A stretch of 64,000 bases of DNA. Source: Dictyostelium discoideum. Its lineage: Eukaryota. Shown here in pieces: positions 13,061 to 25,746 of this stretch. The translations under genes were made by a program, and so were the position numbers. The stretch lies in the NCBI GenBank assembly GCA_000004695.1, contig CM000155.2, positions 1,568,001-1,632,000 on the forward strand, read 5' to 3'. The notes under the pieces were generated by a model. The model was not told the origin of the DNA and ran no database searches. It saw only the letters and a list, made by a program, of their open reading frames with translations. Numbering within the stretch: position 1 is the stretch's first letter; the number at the start of each line of letters is the position of its first letter.

Positions 13061-14620
13061 ATTAGTATTATTATTATTATAATACTTACTCGATTGATAA
13101 TACTTGGAGGATGAAGTTGTTGAAGATGAAGTCGATTGTTGATGTGCATTGGTTTGATGTGTTGAAGGATTTGGAATTGAACCTTGATGTTGAGTTTGAA
13201 TATGATGGTTTGTAGAATGATGATCATGTTGTTGATAAGGTGGATATGGATATAATACTGGTACCATCATATAATTATGTGGGTAATAGGTTGAGTTTTG
13301 ATGTTGAATAGTTCCATATGGTGACTCACTATAAGGCATTGGATGTTGATAGATTTCATATCCATCTTGAAAGATTGGAGGATGTGGAATACTTTCACCT
13401 CCTGCAGATGATGATATTATAGTACCAGTTGTACGATTGCCATTGCTGTTGTTGTTGTTGCAGTTATTATAATTCATTTCATTAACTGGTGATCCAGGTG
13501 AATTTGATGGTGGGATTGAGTTTGAACTGGCTTGGTTTCCATTATTTAAATGGGATGGAGATAACTGATGGTGATGTGGTTGGACTATAATTACCGATTT
13601 TGGAGGATATTGAGAAAGAATTTGAGGTGGAGAATGCATATGATGTTGGACAATATGCTGAGGTTGTTGATGTTGATTTTGTTGTTGATGTGGATGTTGT
13701 TGTTGCTGTTGTTGTTGTTGTTGTTGCAATCTCTTATTTTGACTATCTGCAATTCTAATATCAACTCTTTTTCCTAAAATTATATGTTGTTGTTCATTAA
13801 GAATTATTTCATTTACACTCTCATCTTTAAAACATATAAAACCAAATCCTTTTATTGTACCATTTTTCTCTGTTAATAAATTATATTCAGAAATTTCACC
13901 AAACTCTGAAAAATAATTATTGAAATCATCTATTTTATAATTAATAAAAAAAAAAAAAAAAAAATTAACCACAATTAATATTTTATTTATTTAGAAATAG
14001 TGAGTTTAATAATATAAAAATATTCTTACCAGATGTTATATGCTTTGGTAAACCACCAACAAATAATTTTTGTTTTTTTGGTTCTTCAGTCATTTCTTCT
14101 TTTGGAATTGCTCTTCGAATCTCTACATTTTTACCTTCAATACTATGATTAATTAATATAACTTCATCTATCACTGATGGGTCAACAAAGGTTACAAATC
14201 CAAATCCTCTACTTTTACTTGCTTTTTCTGTTGCCTTTATGACGATTGACTCTTTTACTTCACCAAAATTTGAAAAATAATCTTTTAATATTTCTATTTT
14301 TATTTTTTATTTTTATTTTAATTAAGAAGAAAATTTTATTTTTTGATTTTAATTATTTTTTTTAATTATTTTTTAAAATTCGTATTAATAGATAAAAATT
14401 ATTAGATTGACTATTTTTTTATATGTGTGTGGTAAAAAATTTTTTTTTGTTTTGATAATAATTACCATTTGATGAAGTTTTTAATAAACCCCCAACAAAG
14501 ATTTTTCCAGAAATTGATTTTGGTAAAGATAAATTACTACCCTCTTCATCATTATTGTTGTTATTTTCAATATGGTTTTTATCACTATCATTATTATTAA
14601 TATTATTGTTGTTATTGTTA

Positions 14621-14652
<32 letters not shown>

Positions 14653-14823
14653 TTCATAATTATTGATATTTGTATTTGATTTATTATCATTATTTTCAAT
14701 ATTGATATCATTAAAATTATTTAAAAGAATTTCATCATTTTGTTCAATTGTTTCATTTTTTTCATTATTATTGTTTTTATCATTTGAATTGATATTGTGG
14801 TGGTCAATGTTATTGTTATCCAT
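12488..14823 (-). CDS. hnRNP/Musashi-type RNA-binding protein with two RRM domains and long Q/N/Y/P-rich C-terminal tail; exons 14823..14466, 14293..14030, 13929..12488
   Basis: RNP2 (KIFVGGL, KLFVGGL) and RNP1 (RGFGFVTF, KGFGFICF) motifs present. Introns interrupt each RRM: GTAATT donor 14465 / AG 14295-14294, and GTAAGA donor 14029 / AG 13931-13930. Phases 1 and 1. The ORF-track Met at 13972 and the 13983..14174 and 14419..14823 ORFs are exon+intron read-throughs of this gene. Confidence 0.8.
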
Positions 14824-15123
14824 TTTTTTTTTTTTTTTTTTATAAATTATTTTATATTTATAAGATAAATAAAATTTAGTTGTTTTTTTTTTTTCTATTT
14901 TTTTTTTTTTTATATTTTACTGAACAAAAAAAAAAAAAGAAGAATAAAAAAAAATAAATTATAAAAAATAAAAAAATAAATTAATTTAATAAACTGTTTA
15001 ATTTTTTTTATTATTTTAAATTAAATTATTATTCTTATTATTATTATTATTTAAAATTATTCATATATAAATATTATTAATATAATTATTTTTTTAAACA
15101 AATAAAAGTAAAATAAGATAATT

Positions 15124-15159
<36 letters not shown>

Positions 15160-15729
15160 AAAATTATTATTATTATTTTATTTGTAGCTGATTGATGCAA
15201 AAATAAATTTTCATACAAACAAAATTCTACTAATTCTTATTTTTATAATTGTATTTGTATTTGTTTTTGATTTAAATTTTACAAAAAAAAAAAAAATAAT
15301 AATAATAATTATAATGAAAAAGATTATTTGATTTTTTATTATTATTATAAGTTTTTATTATTTTTTTTTTTTAAAACTAAAATTTTTTTTATTTTTTTTT
15401 TTTATGTTTTATTATCTAAAGAAAATTATTTTTTTTTTATTTTTTTTTTTTTGAAAATATTAATTTTCCTTTTATATTAATTAAAATATAAAAAAAAAAA
15501 AATAGAATTTTAAATTATGATCTTGGTACTAAACTTGGAATTTTAAAAAAAAAAATTGAAAAGGGGAAATCGCACATAACCCTTTGATTCATATGAATTT
15601 TAATAATAAATTGTAGATTTAAATAAATAAAGAATTAATTAATTTAAAAATCCAAAAAAGGTAATCTGTTTTTTTTTATCCCCTTTTTTTTATTTTTTTT
15701 TTATTTTATTTTAATTTTAAAATGTTCTT

Positions 15730-16311
15730 TTAATCCAAAATGGAACCTAAATATGGATTATTATAGGTATTATTATTATTTTGATTATTATTATTATTAT
15801 TTTGATTATTATAATTATTGTAGGAATTATTTAATGGTGGTGGTTGGTTATATAAATTTTGTTGATATGGTTGTTGGTATGGTTGTTGATATGGTTGCTG
15901 GTATGGTTGTTGTGGTTGTTGTTGTTGCTGATTATAGGGTGATGGAACTGGAATATTATAAACAGCTTTTTGATTACTATATAATAAAGGTGGTGGAGAC
16001 ATCATTGGTTGTAAAGGTTGTTGAAGTGCAAAATTTGTTGGTTGATAAACAGATTGGGGAATTGGTTGTAAAGGTGGTGGTTGTGATTGATAAACAGATT
16101 GGGGAATTGGTTGTAAAGGAGGTGGCTCTCTACTTTGATAACCATTACTACTATTACCCCATGAATCGATTAATTGTAAATCATGATTAATTGGTTGTGG
16201 TGGTGGTTGTTGTAATTGTTGATTATAGTTTGAATTTGGATTTAAATTACTTTGATGAATTGGTTGTAATGGTGGAGGACCGCTATTATAAAGATTTGAA
16301 TTATATTGAGG

Positions 16312-16394
<83 letters not shown>

Positions 16395-16653
16395 GATATT
16401 GAGTTGAATTTTGATTCGGTATTAATAATTCCATTTTTGATTGATTACTATTATTATTTTCATTAAAAGATTGTGGAACTGGTGAAGATCTACCTTTTCT
16501 TGGATCAAATTGATCATCAAAAATTGGTGAATGAGCACCTGATGGTGATGATGAGCTACCAATACTATTAGTATTATTAAATGAGGATGATGGAGAGGAA
16601 GATATTTTTCTTCCACCACCGGATCCGGTCATCTTTTGAAGGTTAACTGTTTC

Positions 16654-16702
<49 letters not shown>

Positions 16703-19700
16703 GTTGGTGGTATTTGAATTGGTTGAGGTAACATTGGTAATGGACGTCCTGATGATAATTTTCTTGGAGGAACACCATTACTACCACCACTTGCAACAAG
16801 TGTATTATTACTGTTATTAATATTATTATTATTATTATTATTATTACTATTTAATGAATTCTTTCTAGTTGTAGTTACATTTACAAGTTCTTGGTGATGT
16901 TGTTGTTGTTGAATGGTATTATTATTAGTATTACTAATTTGATTGGTTGAAGTTATTTGATATTGAATATTTGTTGTATTTGATCTACCTTTTTGTAAAT
17001 TTGGAGTTGAAGCAGATTGTTTAATTAGTGTAAGTTGTTCAAATTCTTTAGTGATTAAATTTGCACCATCTTTACCATTTTGATTAGTTGTGTTGATAAG
17101 ATTATTGGTACTTTGAGAGGTAGTGATGAATTGTGAAGATTTTTGTTCGTATAATTCTTGACGTAATGTTCTTTCTTTATCTTTATCGATTTTAGTGACT
17201 TCCAATTGAAAGTAAGAACTTACAGGTCTATGATCAGAAGCTAAAATCTCTTGTCTATGATAATAGAGTTGACGTAAATCATGATGAACTTTATTACTCC
17301 AAACGATTCTATCAGTCCAAGCTGGTGATCTTTGTTTTTGAGAAGTATCATATTGAGTGCTATTTAAATCATACTTATAAGTTGGAGGGAAAGCGATTGT
17401 CTCCTCCCTATAACCATTGAAAACTCTACCTGCTTCCATACATTTTCTAAGTTGATCATAGTTGTAAAGTTTTGGAAACTGTTGATCATAGACACATCTT
17501 CTAATTTCTTCATCGGGTAAGTCAATTCTAAAATTGAAATCACCCAACCAAAATGAATAATCTGAATCAGAGACCTTGAATTGACCTTGACGACCAAAGG
17601 CCAATGTTGAATCGATCTCACGGAAATCGGAAATACGATCTTCAACATTGGATTGACCAGCAGCGAAATGAGCCGTGACAAAGGTGAAGGAGGTATCGCT
17701 GAACAATAAACGTACACCAATTCCACCCTTATTACCAGCCAAGCCATTCATACCACATTTGACATTTTGAATTTGTACCTCTCTAAAATAGTGTATTGCA
17801 TCCTCACGTACATAGATTGCCATTAATAAACCTACCAATTGTGATGATTGTAATTTGATATACTTTACATTGGGTGATACTTTTGGAAGTGCACGTTCGA
17901 TTGCATCCTCCCATTGTTTACCAATGGATGAATCTGTTGCTAAAATCTGACCAGCCGTTAACTCCACCACCTCTTGTAGACCTAAAACGTAGAAATCCGG
18001 TGTTGGACAATTGGCACCATCAGGTCTTAACCATTGTACCAAATCAAAGTATGATGAATGTACACCACCAACATTATAAGTACCAACGAAAACATTCCTC
18101 CATTCTTTTTTCGAATATTCTTTAACTCTATCTTGAACTTGTTTTCTAATATTATCATCATGACCACTACCATTACCACCATTACCACCATTACCATTAT
18201 TACTATTATTGACAACCATTGATTTATGTAAACCTAACAATAGATCTAACACATCCTGTCTACCTGGATCTTTGAAATTATTGATATAGAAACGAGTCAT
18301 TGTTTTTTTACCATCTGCCAACATACCCATTATACCATAATCACCCTCACGTGTTAACGTTGATTTCAATGAACCTGAACCTGCATATTGAATCGACAAT
18401 GCATCACCATTATCTGCCCATGTTGTCTTTAATGTTTGTGATACACGTGGATAACTACCAATAGAATCATGACCTCTAAATAATCCTAACTTTCTTAGTT
18501 GACTTTCAAATAATACCCAACTAACTCTTGATTGTACAATATTAGTTCTATCCAAACAATCTTTACAATTTGTACGAATTATACCATTTTGTTTTGAAAT
18601 GATTTGACCATTTGAATTTTGAAAGAAATAACCAACAATTTTTTCACTAACGCCACCAGTGGTACCACCACCACCACTAATTGATTGATTATCAATATAA
18701 TTAATTAAAGAATCTAAAGGATCCATTCTATTACCTTTGGTTTGTTCATTTAAATCGAAATGATTATAGAAAACTTGTGGTGAACGTAATATTCTAATTT
18801 GTTCTTCATAAGCATTTACAAGATCACATTCACCTGATTTCAATTTTGAGAGTAAATTAACGATTACAATATTACCATACTTTTTAGTTTGTTCTTTAAG
18901 ATGCAATTGAAAAGCTGGTGTTGTCGCTTGAGTATTTCTAGCGATTGTAATCTTCTTTTTACTAATTTTACCAATTTTCGATAGATTCGACATTTTAATC
19001 TTTAGATCAGACATTTGTGGTGATGATTGATTCCAAAACACTGGTACAGAACCTCTAATTTGTAAGAATGCCAAAACACCATAACTTTCAATCGATAAGA
19101 TTTGTTCAGATTCACAAAAGTTTGCAACATTACCATCATCATCGATACCACGTGTAACGAATCTAGTACCAGCTCTAAAACGACTTCTTCTCGAAATCAA
19201 TGTGTAAACTACATTCTTTCCTTGAATATGACCGAGATGATCGGATACTACAAAACCTTGTATAATTGGGAAACACCAATCGTATAATCTATATGCTATG
19301 AAATCCTTTTGTAAATATTTATTCCAATAGAATCGCTTATCAACACGTTCCCATACTGGTAAATCCGATTTTGGCTCCAAACATTGACTTTGATAAGTAC
19401 GAGTTATATCAAAACTACTATTTGGTGGTGTCCAATAAAAGTGTCCACTATTCAATAAATTCATAACTTGAACATATGGTCTATCATCTTCTTTTGATTC
19501 TCCATTACCACTACCACCTCCACCACCACCTCCTCCTATTGATATATGCCCTCTACCAGTTTGAAATGATATAAAATCTGTACATCTAATCTTTCTAATA
19601 ACATTTGGTTGTCCTTGAAATTGAAAATTTGCCGCTATATCACTTTCAGTTACAACTACTAAATAACATTCTATTATTTTTTATTATAAAAAAAAAAAAC

Positions 19701-19718
19701 TATTAGAATTTTCTAAAA

Positions 19719-19803
<85 letters not shown>

Positions 19804-20013
19804 TATTTACTTACCATTTACTAATCTAAATATACCTAAAACACAATAAACTGATCTTTCAGATCTTAATGATTGATCAATTTGATCTGGTTGTATTATA
19901 TCGATTTTAGATGGATCTCTTCTATTAATTACTAATGCTTTACTATGTAAAGAATCTCTTTTAATTATAAAACTTTGTGTTGTTATAAAAATTCTAAATG
20001 TATTATCTGCCAT
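15730..20013 (-). CDS. synaptojanin-like phosphoinositide phosphatase (N-terminal Sac1 domain + inositol polyphosphate 5-phosphatase catalytic domain + Pro/Gln-rich tail); exons 20013..19815, 19670..15730; about 1379 aa; possibly the Dictyostelium Dd5P3 gene
   Basis: Exon 1 (MADNTFRIFITTQSFIIKRDS…GIFRLVN) is a Sac-domain N-terminus, spliced by GTAAGT (19814-19809) / AG (19672-19671) across a 144-nt intron holding an (AAT)n tract. Exon 2 continues the Sac domain (…RTNCKDCLDRTN… catalytic CX5R(T/S) motif). It then encodes a 5-phosphatase domain (GDFNFRIDL, PAWTDRIVW, FPPTYKY). The tail has repeated PPPLQPIPQSVYQ units and long CAA-encoded poly-Gln runs. Confidence 0.85.
16312..16396. repeat. 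(TTG)n = (CAA)n coding poly-Gln tract inside synaptojanin-like gene; similar tracts at 16656-16700
   Basis: Perfect trinucleotide run within the ORF. Confidence 0.9.
19722..19800. repeat. (AAT)n microsatellite inside intron 1 of synaptojanin-like gene
   Basis: Perfect trinucleotide run between donor 19814 and acceptor 19671. Confidence 0.9.
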
Positions 20014-20280
20014 TGCACATCTATTTCTCTTTTTAATTTTATATTATATTTGTATATATATATTTATTTTCGCTTTATAAAATTATTATTATTATTATTA
20101 TTATTTGTATTTAGGTATATGGTTTATTTTTTGCAATGAACTTGAGAATAAAGAGTTTATTTTTTTGAAAAAACAAAAAAAAAAAAAATAAAATAAAATG
20201 AAATTTTAAAAAAACAATAAATAAAATAAAAAAGGTATTTTTTACTATTTTACACTGTATGGATAAATAGGGTATAAATA

Positions 20281-20317
<37 letters not shown>

Positions 20318-20344
20318 TAATAAAACAAAAATTAATATCCAAAT

Positions 20345-20358
20345 ATTATTATTACTAC

Positions 20359-20418
<60 letters not shown>
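20345..20418. repeat. (ATT)n microsatellite, intergenic
   Basis: Perfect trinucleotide run. Confidence 0.9.
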
Positions 20419-21073
20419 GGTTAATTCTACAATTATACTTTTTAAGTATTTATTACTATTTTAAAAAAAAATATACTATTATTATTATTGTCGTTTTTTA
20501 TTTAAATAATAATATTTTTATGTGTAGATATTATTATTTGTTTTTTAACCCAAATATTTTTTTTTTTTTTTTTTTTAAATTTTTTTTTTTTTTTTTTTTA
20601 ATTTTAAATTTTTAAAAAAAAAAAAAAAAAAAATTAAAATATTTCAATTACTTCAACGAAGAAAAATTAATTTTTTTTTTTTTTTTTTTTTTCAAACAAC
20701 ATTTCCGAAACATTTTTCTGGATCGATTTATTAATTTTAAAATTTTGTGGGGGTAATATTGTATATTTTTAGATTTGTTTTATATATAAAAATGAAAAAA
20801 AATATTAAAATAAAAACTATGAATAATATGAGGTAATATTTTTATTATTCATTATAATAATAAAAATATTTTTAATTATTAAACTAAGTTTTTTTTTTTT
20901 TTTTTTTTTTTTCCAAAAATTTTAAAAATAAAATAAAAAAAATTAAAATAAAATATTATAAATTAAATTAAAATACCAAATTAATTGAAATAAATTGAAT
21001 TTTTTTAAAATAAATTAAACCAAAATAAAATAAAATGAAATGATATAAAATGAATAAAATAAAATTATCTTCC

Positions 21074-21106
<33 letters not shown>

Positions 21107-21544
21107 ATAAAATAAAAATAATAATAAAATAAAAAAATAAATAGAATCAATTATTTTAATAAAATAGGGACAAAAATGAATATATATAAATGTAAAAATA
21201 TTTTTTTAAGTTTACAACTTTTGTAACTTTATTTTTTTTTTTTTTTTTTTATATTGAAATTGATAATAACAGGAATAAGGAAATTATTAAAAAATAATTA
21301 TAAAAAGTTTTAAAAATAGAAGGTTCCTATTAATTTTTAGTAGTTAATCTTTTTTTTTTTTTCAAAATTGAATTTGTATTGGTTAATTTTAAAAAATCTA
21401 TTATTATTACAATTTTTTTTTTATTTTTGTTTCTATTTATTATAACAACAAACAAATATATCAATCAAAAATAGAATTTTTTTAATAGTTTGATGAATTT
21501 GTGCACATATAATAGTTGAAATTACTATTAATATTTCTGTGAAA

Positions 21545-21590
21545 TGTGTGTTTGTGTGTGTGTGTGTGTGTTTGTGCGTGTGGGTTGTTT
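21545..21590. repeat. (TG)n / (GT)n dinucleotide microsatellite, intergenic
   Basis: tgtgtgtttgtgtgtgtgtgtgtgtgtttgtgcgtgtgggttg. A GT-rich island in an otherwise A/T-only region. Confidence 0.9.
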
Positions 21591-21815
21591 TTTTTTTTTT
21601 TTTTTTGCCATGCCAATTAAATTATTTTTAGGATTTACTGCTATATGAAATGTGCAAAATATAATAAATTTAAAAAATGATAAAATATTTGTCAACCCAC
21701 ACATAAATCATACATTACATATATAATGTATGTATGTAAATATTTACATTTAATTTTTTTTTTTTTTTTTTTTTTTCAATTATAATAATTATTTTTATTT
21801 TTATTTTTAATTATT

Positions 21816-21846
<31 letters not shown>

Positions 21847-22143
21847 GGGAATATAATTAAAGGTTTTTTTTTTTTTTTGTGTATATTTTTATTTCCTTTT
21901 CAATCATTAATCAAACTTATTTAAATAATTAAGATAATAAAAAGGATTAACAAATCTTTGTTTCATTGAGCAAACACTGTATGTATAATTAAATTAACAA
22001 ATTTTAAAAATAAAAATAATAAATAAAATAAAAATTTAAAAAAAAAAAAAAAGAGTGACACATCATAAAAATCTACCCTAAAAATAATAGTAATAAAATT
22101 TTTTTTAATTATTATAATTAATAAAATTAAAATTAAAAATATT

Positions 22144-22177
<34 letters not shown>

Positions 22178-23187
22178 TTATTTTGGTTTATTATAAATTT
22201 AAAAAAAACTATTTAATTTGTATAAAAATAACCCAAAACATAAAATAATTAAAATAAGTAATAGCATAAGTCATATAAAAGTAATAAAAAAAAAATATAT
22301 AACTATTAGTTTTTTATTTTTTCCCCATTAAAAAAAAAAAAGTGTTTAAAAAAAAAATTTATACATTTTAACTATTTTAACTATTTTTTATTTAATTACA
22401 TATAACCCAATAACATATAAAAACAATTATTTTTTTTTTAATTTATTTCTTTATTTATTTATTTTTTTTTTTTTTTTTTTTTTTCAATAACCACACAAAA
22501 AAAAAAAAAAAAAATCTACTTTGCCTTTTAAAATGATACAATTTATATCAAACTGAGCAAATACCAATCCCTAATTTAGTATTATTGTTATGAATATCAT
22601 CATAACCTCCACCACAACCACTCACTACTACTATTACTACTACCACCACACCCCAACTAAATATTCCAAAAAATAATAATTATTATATCAACGGCAATCA
22701 AAATTAATTTTAAATAATCAAAAAAGATTTAAACAATTAAAATATTTTTTTAAAAAAAAAAAATCATAAATGTGGTTTTTTTTATTTAACTAAATGTGTT
22801 TGTATTTAATTGTACAGATAAAACAATTATTTTATTGGTATTATATTATATTTTTTAACTATTCATTTTTTTTTTTTTTTGTTATTTTTATTTTTATGTT
22901 TATAATTGTTTTTTATTTTTATTTTATCATTATCTATTTATTTATTTTTTTTAAAAAAAATTTTAATTATTATTTTCTCTTGATATATCTTTGTAAATAA
23001 TTAATATTTTATTTTATTTATATTTTATTTATATTTTATTTTTATTTATTTTATTTTTTTAAAAAAAATTTCTTAAAAAAAAAAATATATTATTAATTAA
23101 AAAAAAAAAAAAAAAGAATATATTATTTCTATACAATCAAATATATATATAGATTTTTTAATAAAATATAAAAAAAAAAGAAATACA

Positions 23188-23934
23188 ATGGATTCACCAA
23201 TAATGAATAGAGTAATTGGAAATACTAGTAATACTACATTACAACTTCAAGATAGAGTTGATGAATTAGAAAAAAGAAATAACTTTTTAGAAAAGGAATT
23301 AGAACATTACAAGAATGAATTAGCATCAACCAGAAAGATTTTAACAGAGAGGGATAATTTATTGTTACAACTTCAATGGGATGAAGATGATAAAGAATTG
23401 GATGCCGATGCACAAAAGAAAAAGAGATCAAAAGAACGTGTTGCCAATGAAGAACGTCAACAAATCACTCGTTTAAGATCACAAATGAAAATTATGGAAA
23501 CTGCATTAGAAGAAAGGGATACAAACATTCATAAACTTCATAAAGAATTGAGTGATTCAAAAATTCAATACCAAGTGACCGTTGATTCTCTTGCTCAAGG
23601 TAGAGATGCCCCAGTTAGAAGTAAAACAAGTTGGGGTTTTAAATCATCACCATCCTCTTCACCAATGGTTTATAAACCTTCTTATTCCGCAAGTCCAATT
23701 CAAAGTGAAAAACAATATTCAGTTGCTCCTTCTCCTGCCAATTCTCCTGCAATGAGTTCTCCAAATTTCGCTTCCTCTTCTTCAACTTCTTCTGGTTCAC
23801 CTTCAATGATGGAATTTGATTATAATAATCATCCAAAGAAATTAAACAAAAAAGGTAGTATCTTTAATTTCAGAAAATCAAAGAAATCACCAATTATTCA
23901 AGATACAAATTGGGCAACTCAATCTGCACATTAA
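23188..23934 (+). CDS. coiled-coil protein with Ser/Pro-rich C-terminus, unknown function (single exon)
   Basis: ATG at 23188. 248-aa uninterrupted ORF with heptad-like LEKRNNFLEKELEHYKNELASTRK coiled-coil region and normal Dictyostelium codon bias. AT-rich flanks on both sides. No family recognised. Confidence 0.55.
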   Translation: MDSPIMNRVIGNTSNTTLQLQDRVDELEKRNNFLEKELEHYKNELASTRKILTERDNLLLQLQWDEDDKELDADAQKKKRSKERVANEERQQITRLRSQMKIMETALEERDTNIHKLHKELSDSKIQYQVTVDSLAQGRDAPVRSKTSWGFKSSPSSSPMVYKPSYSASPIQSEKQYSVAPSPANSPAMSSPNFASSSSTSSGSPSMMEFDYNNHPKKLNKKGSIFNFRKSKKSPIIQDTNWATQSAH

Positions 23935-24144
23935 AAAAAAAAAAAAAAAAAAAACTAAAAAAAAAAACTAAAAAAAGAAACCCAATACAAACATGTAATT
24001 AAACAATTACACTATTTGTAAAAAAAAAACAATATTAATAATAAAAATAACTGTATAAACAATCTCTTTTTTTTTCTTTTTCTTTTTATATTTTTTAAAT
24101 TTAATTACTTTTTTTATTTATATTTATTGATTCGTATAAAATAT

Positions 24145-24902
24145 TTAAGCAACTAAGATACAAGCACCACCGACAGCTTTGATTTTCTTTTCAGCGACTT
24201 TAGAGAAATAACGAGCTTTGACGATGATTGGTTGAGTTGGGAGGATACCGTGACCTAAAACTTTGAAGAAACCTTTTTGGGTGACATCAACAACTGGAGC
24301 AGTACCGTCATTCTTGGCAGCTAATGATTTTCTGACGGATTCTGGGACTAAAGTCCAGATCTTTTCTAATGAGACGGTTGGACAATGGTATTGGTTTCTT
24401 AATAAATGGAAATGTCTCATACCTAATTTACCGAAATAACCTGGATGGTATTTGTCAAAGTTAATTCTGTGATGAGTGAGACCACCAGCATTACCACGAC
24501 CACCTGGATGCTTTCTGTGTTTACCAACACGACCGTAACCGGCACAAACGTCACCTCTTGATTTTCTATGCTTACTGAATCTGGTTGGCTAAATTTTAAT
24601 TATTATTATTAATTTTACATATTAGTCACTATTCTTTGTTTTGGTGTATTTTGTTTTTCATATATTTTCAAATGTAATATGAATCATAGTTTTGGTTCAA
24701 ATGTATAGTATTATTGATGTTTGATTTTGTTGTATTGGGTTTGATGATTGGTTGATAAAGGATTAACTATTTATTCTTTGACTAATTATCATTAATCTTT
24801 ATCAATCTTTTATCAATGAATGAATTCTAAATACATGACACCTAAACTAAAAAAAATATCATATACACATAGATACATGATATATATAATCCTACTCACC
24901 AT
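24145..24902 (-). CDS. rpl27a: 60S ribosomal protein L27a (uL15); exon 1 is the ATG alone (24902..24900), intron about 311 nt, exon 2 24588..24145
   Basis: Exon 2 is [72 protein letters not shown]…GGACILVA, near-identical to eukaryotic RPL27A. It has no in-frame ATG and starts right after an AG acceptor (24590-24589). Upstream, aaaATG|GTGAGT (ATG 24902-24900, donor 24899-24894) gives a 148-aa product of the expected length. Confidence 0.85.
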
Positions 24903-25461
24903 TTTAATATGTGATACTGACTAACAAACGAAAAAAAAAAAAAAAGTTGAGAAAATCAATTCACCCACAGCAGTCGCGGGAATTTTTTTTTTTTTTTTTT
25001 TTTTTCAATTTTTTTTTTTTTTTTTTTTGGATAACGTAAAAATATTTTATGAGACAAGTTTGTTGAGTTTTATTTTTATTTATTTTTTTTTTTTTATTTT
25101 AAAAATCTTTAAATTATGGTGATATTCTATTTAAAACAGTTAAATTTTTTTTTTTTTTTTATTTCCTTTAATATCATTATTAAAAAAAAAATAAGAAAAA
25201 AATAAAAAAAAAGATCATGTTATTTTATATTTATTTTTATTTTATTTTTTATTTTTTATTTTTTATGTTTTAAATTTATTGTTTGATATTATTTAATTTT
25301 AAATTTCCATGTGGGATTAAAAAAAAAAAAAAAAAAAAAAAAATAGACTCAATTAGTTTGGAAATAATAATTATTTCAATATTAAAAATTTTAGAATAAA
25401 TTTGTATATAGAATAAAAAGTAATAATAAGTTTATTTCTATTTTAATTTGTAGACTAACAC

Positions 25462-25511
<50 letters not shown>

Positions 25512-25746
25512 AAAATTAAGATATCGAAAATTTGGGGTTTCCCACACGATAATTTTTTTTTTTAATTTTAATTTTAATTTTTTAATATTTCGATTAGAAA
25601 TTTCTAAAAGAAACAATGTTATTCAAAAAGAATCTTTTTTTTTTTTTTTTATCTTTAAATTTAATTTTTAAAATTGTTTTTTTTTTTTTTTTTTTTTTTT
25701 TTTTCCCAAAGATCAAAATTAATAATAATTCCTTATTATTTAAATA

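Noticed and set aside
12586-13227. Minus ORFs 12586..12855 and 12898..13227, plus ORF 13568..13777
   Set aside because: Alternative-frame or antisense readings of the Q/N-rich tail of the RRM gene.
13972-14845. ORF-track Met 13972 and separate ORFs 13983..14174, 14419..14823, 14481..14711, 14663..14845
   Set aside because: These are the RRM gene exons read through into introns (MVNFFFFFFINYKI, ...LKTSSNGNYYQNKKKFF are intron translations) or antisense artefacts.
15753-18215. Six internal ORFs on either strand within the synaptojanin-like gene (e.g. 15753..16190 +, 17364..17747 -, 17874..18125 +)
   Set aside because: Out-of-frame or antisense to a continuous conserved 4-kb exon.
20968-23000. 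ORFs 20968..21150 (-) and 22794..23000 (+) made of F/I/Y/L
   Set aside because: Pure translations of poly-A/poly-T intergenic DNA.
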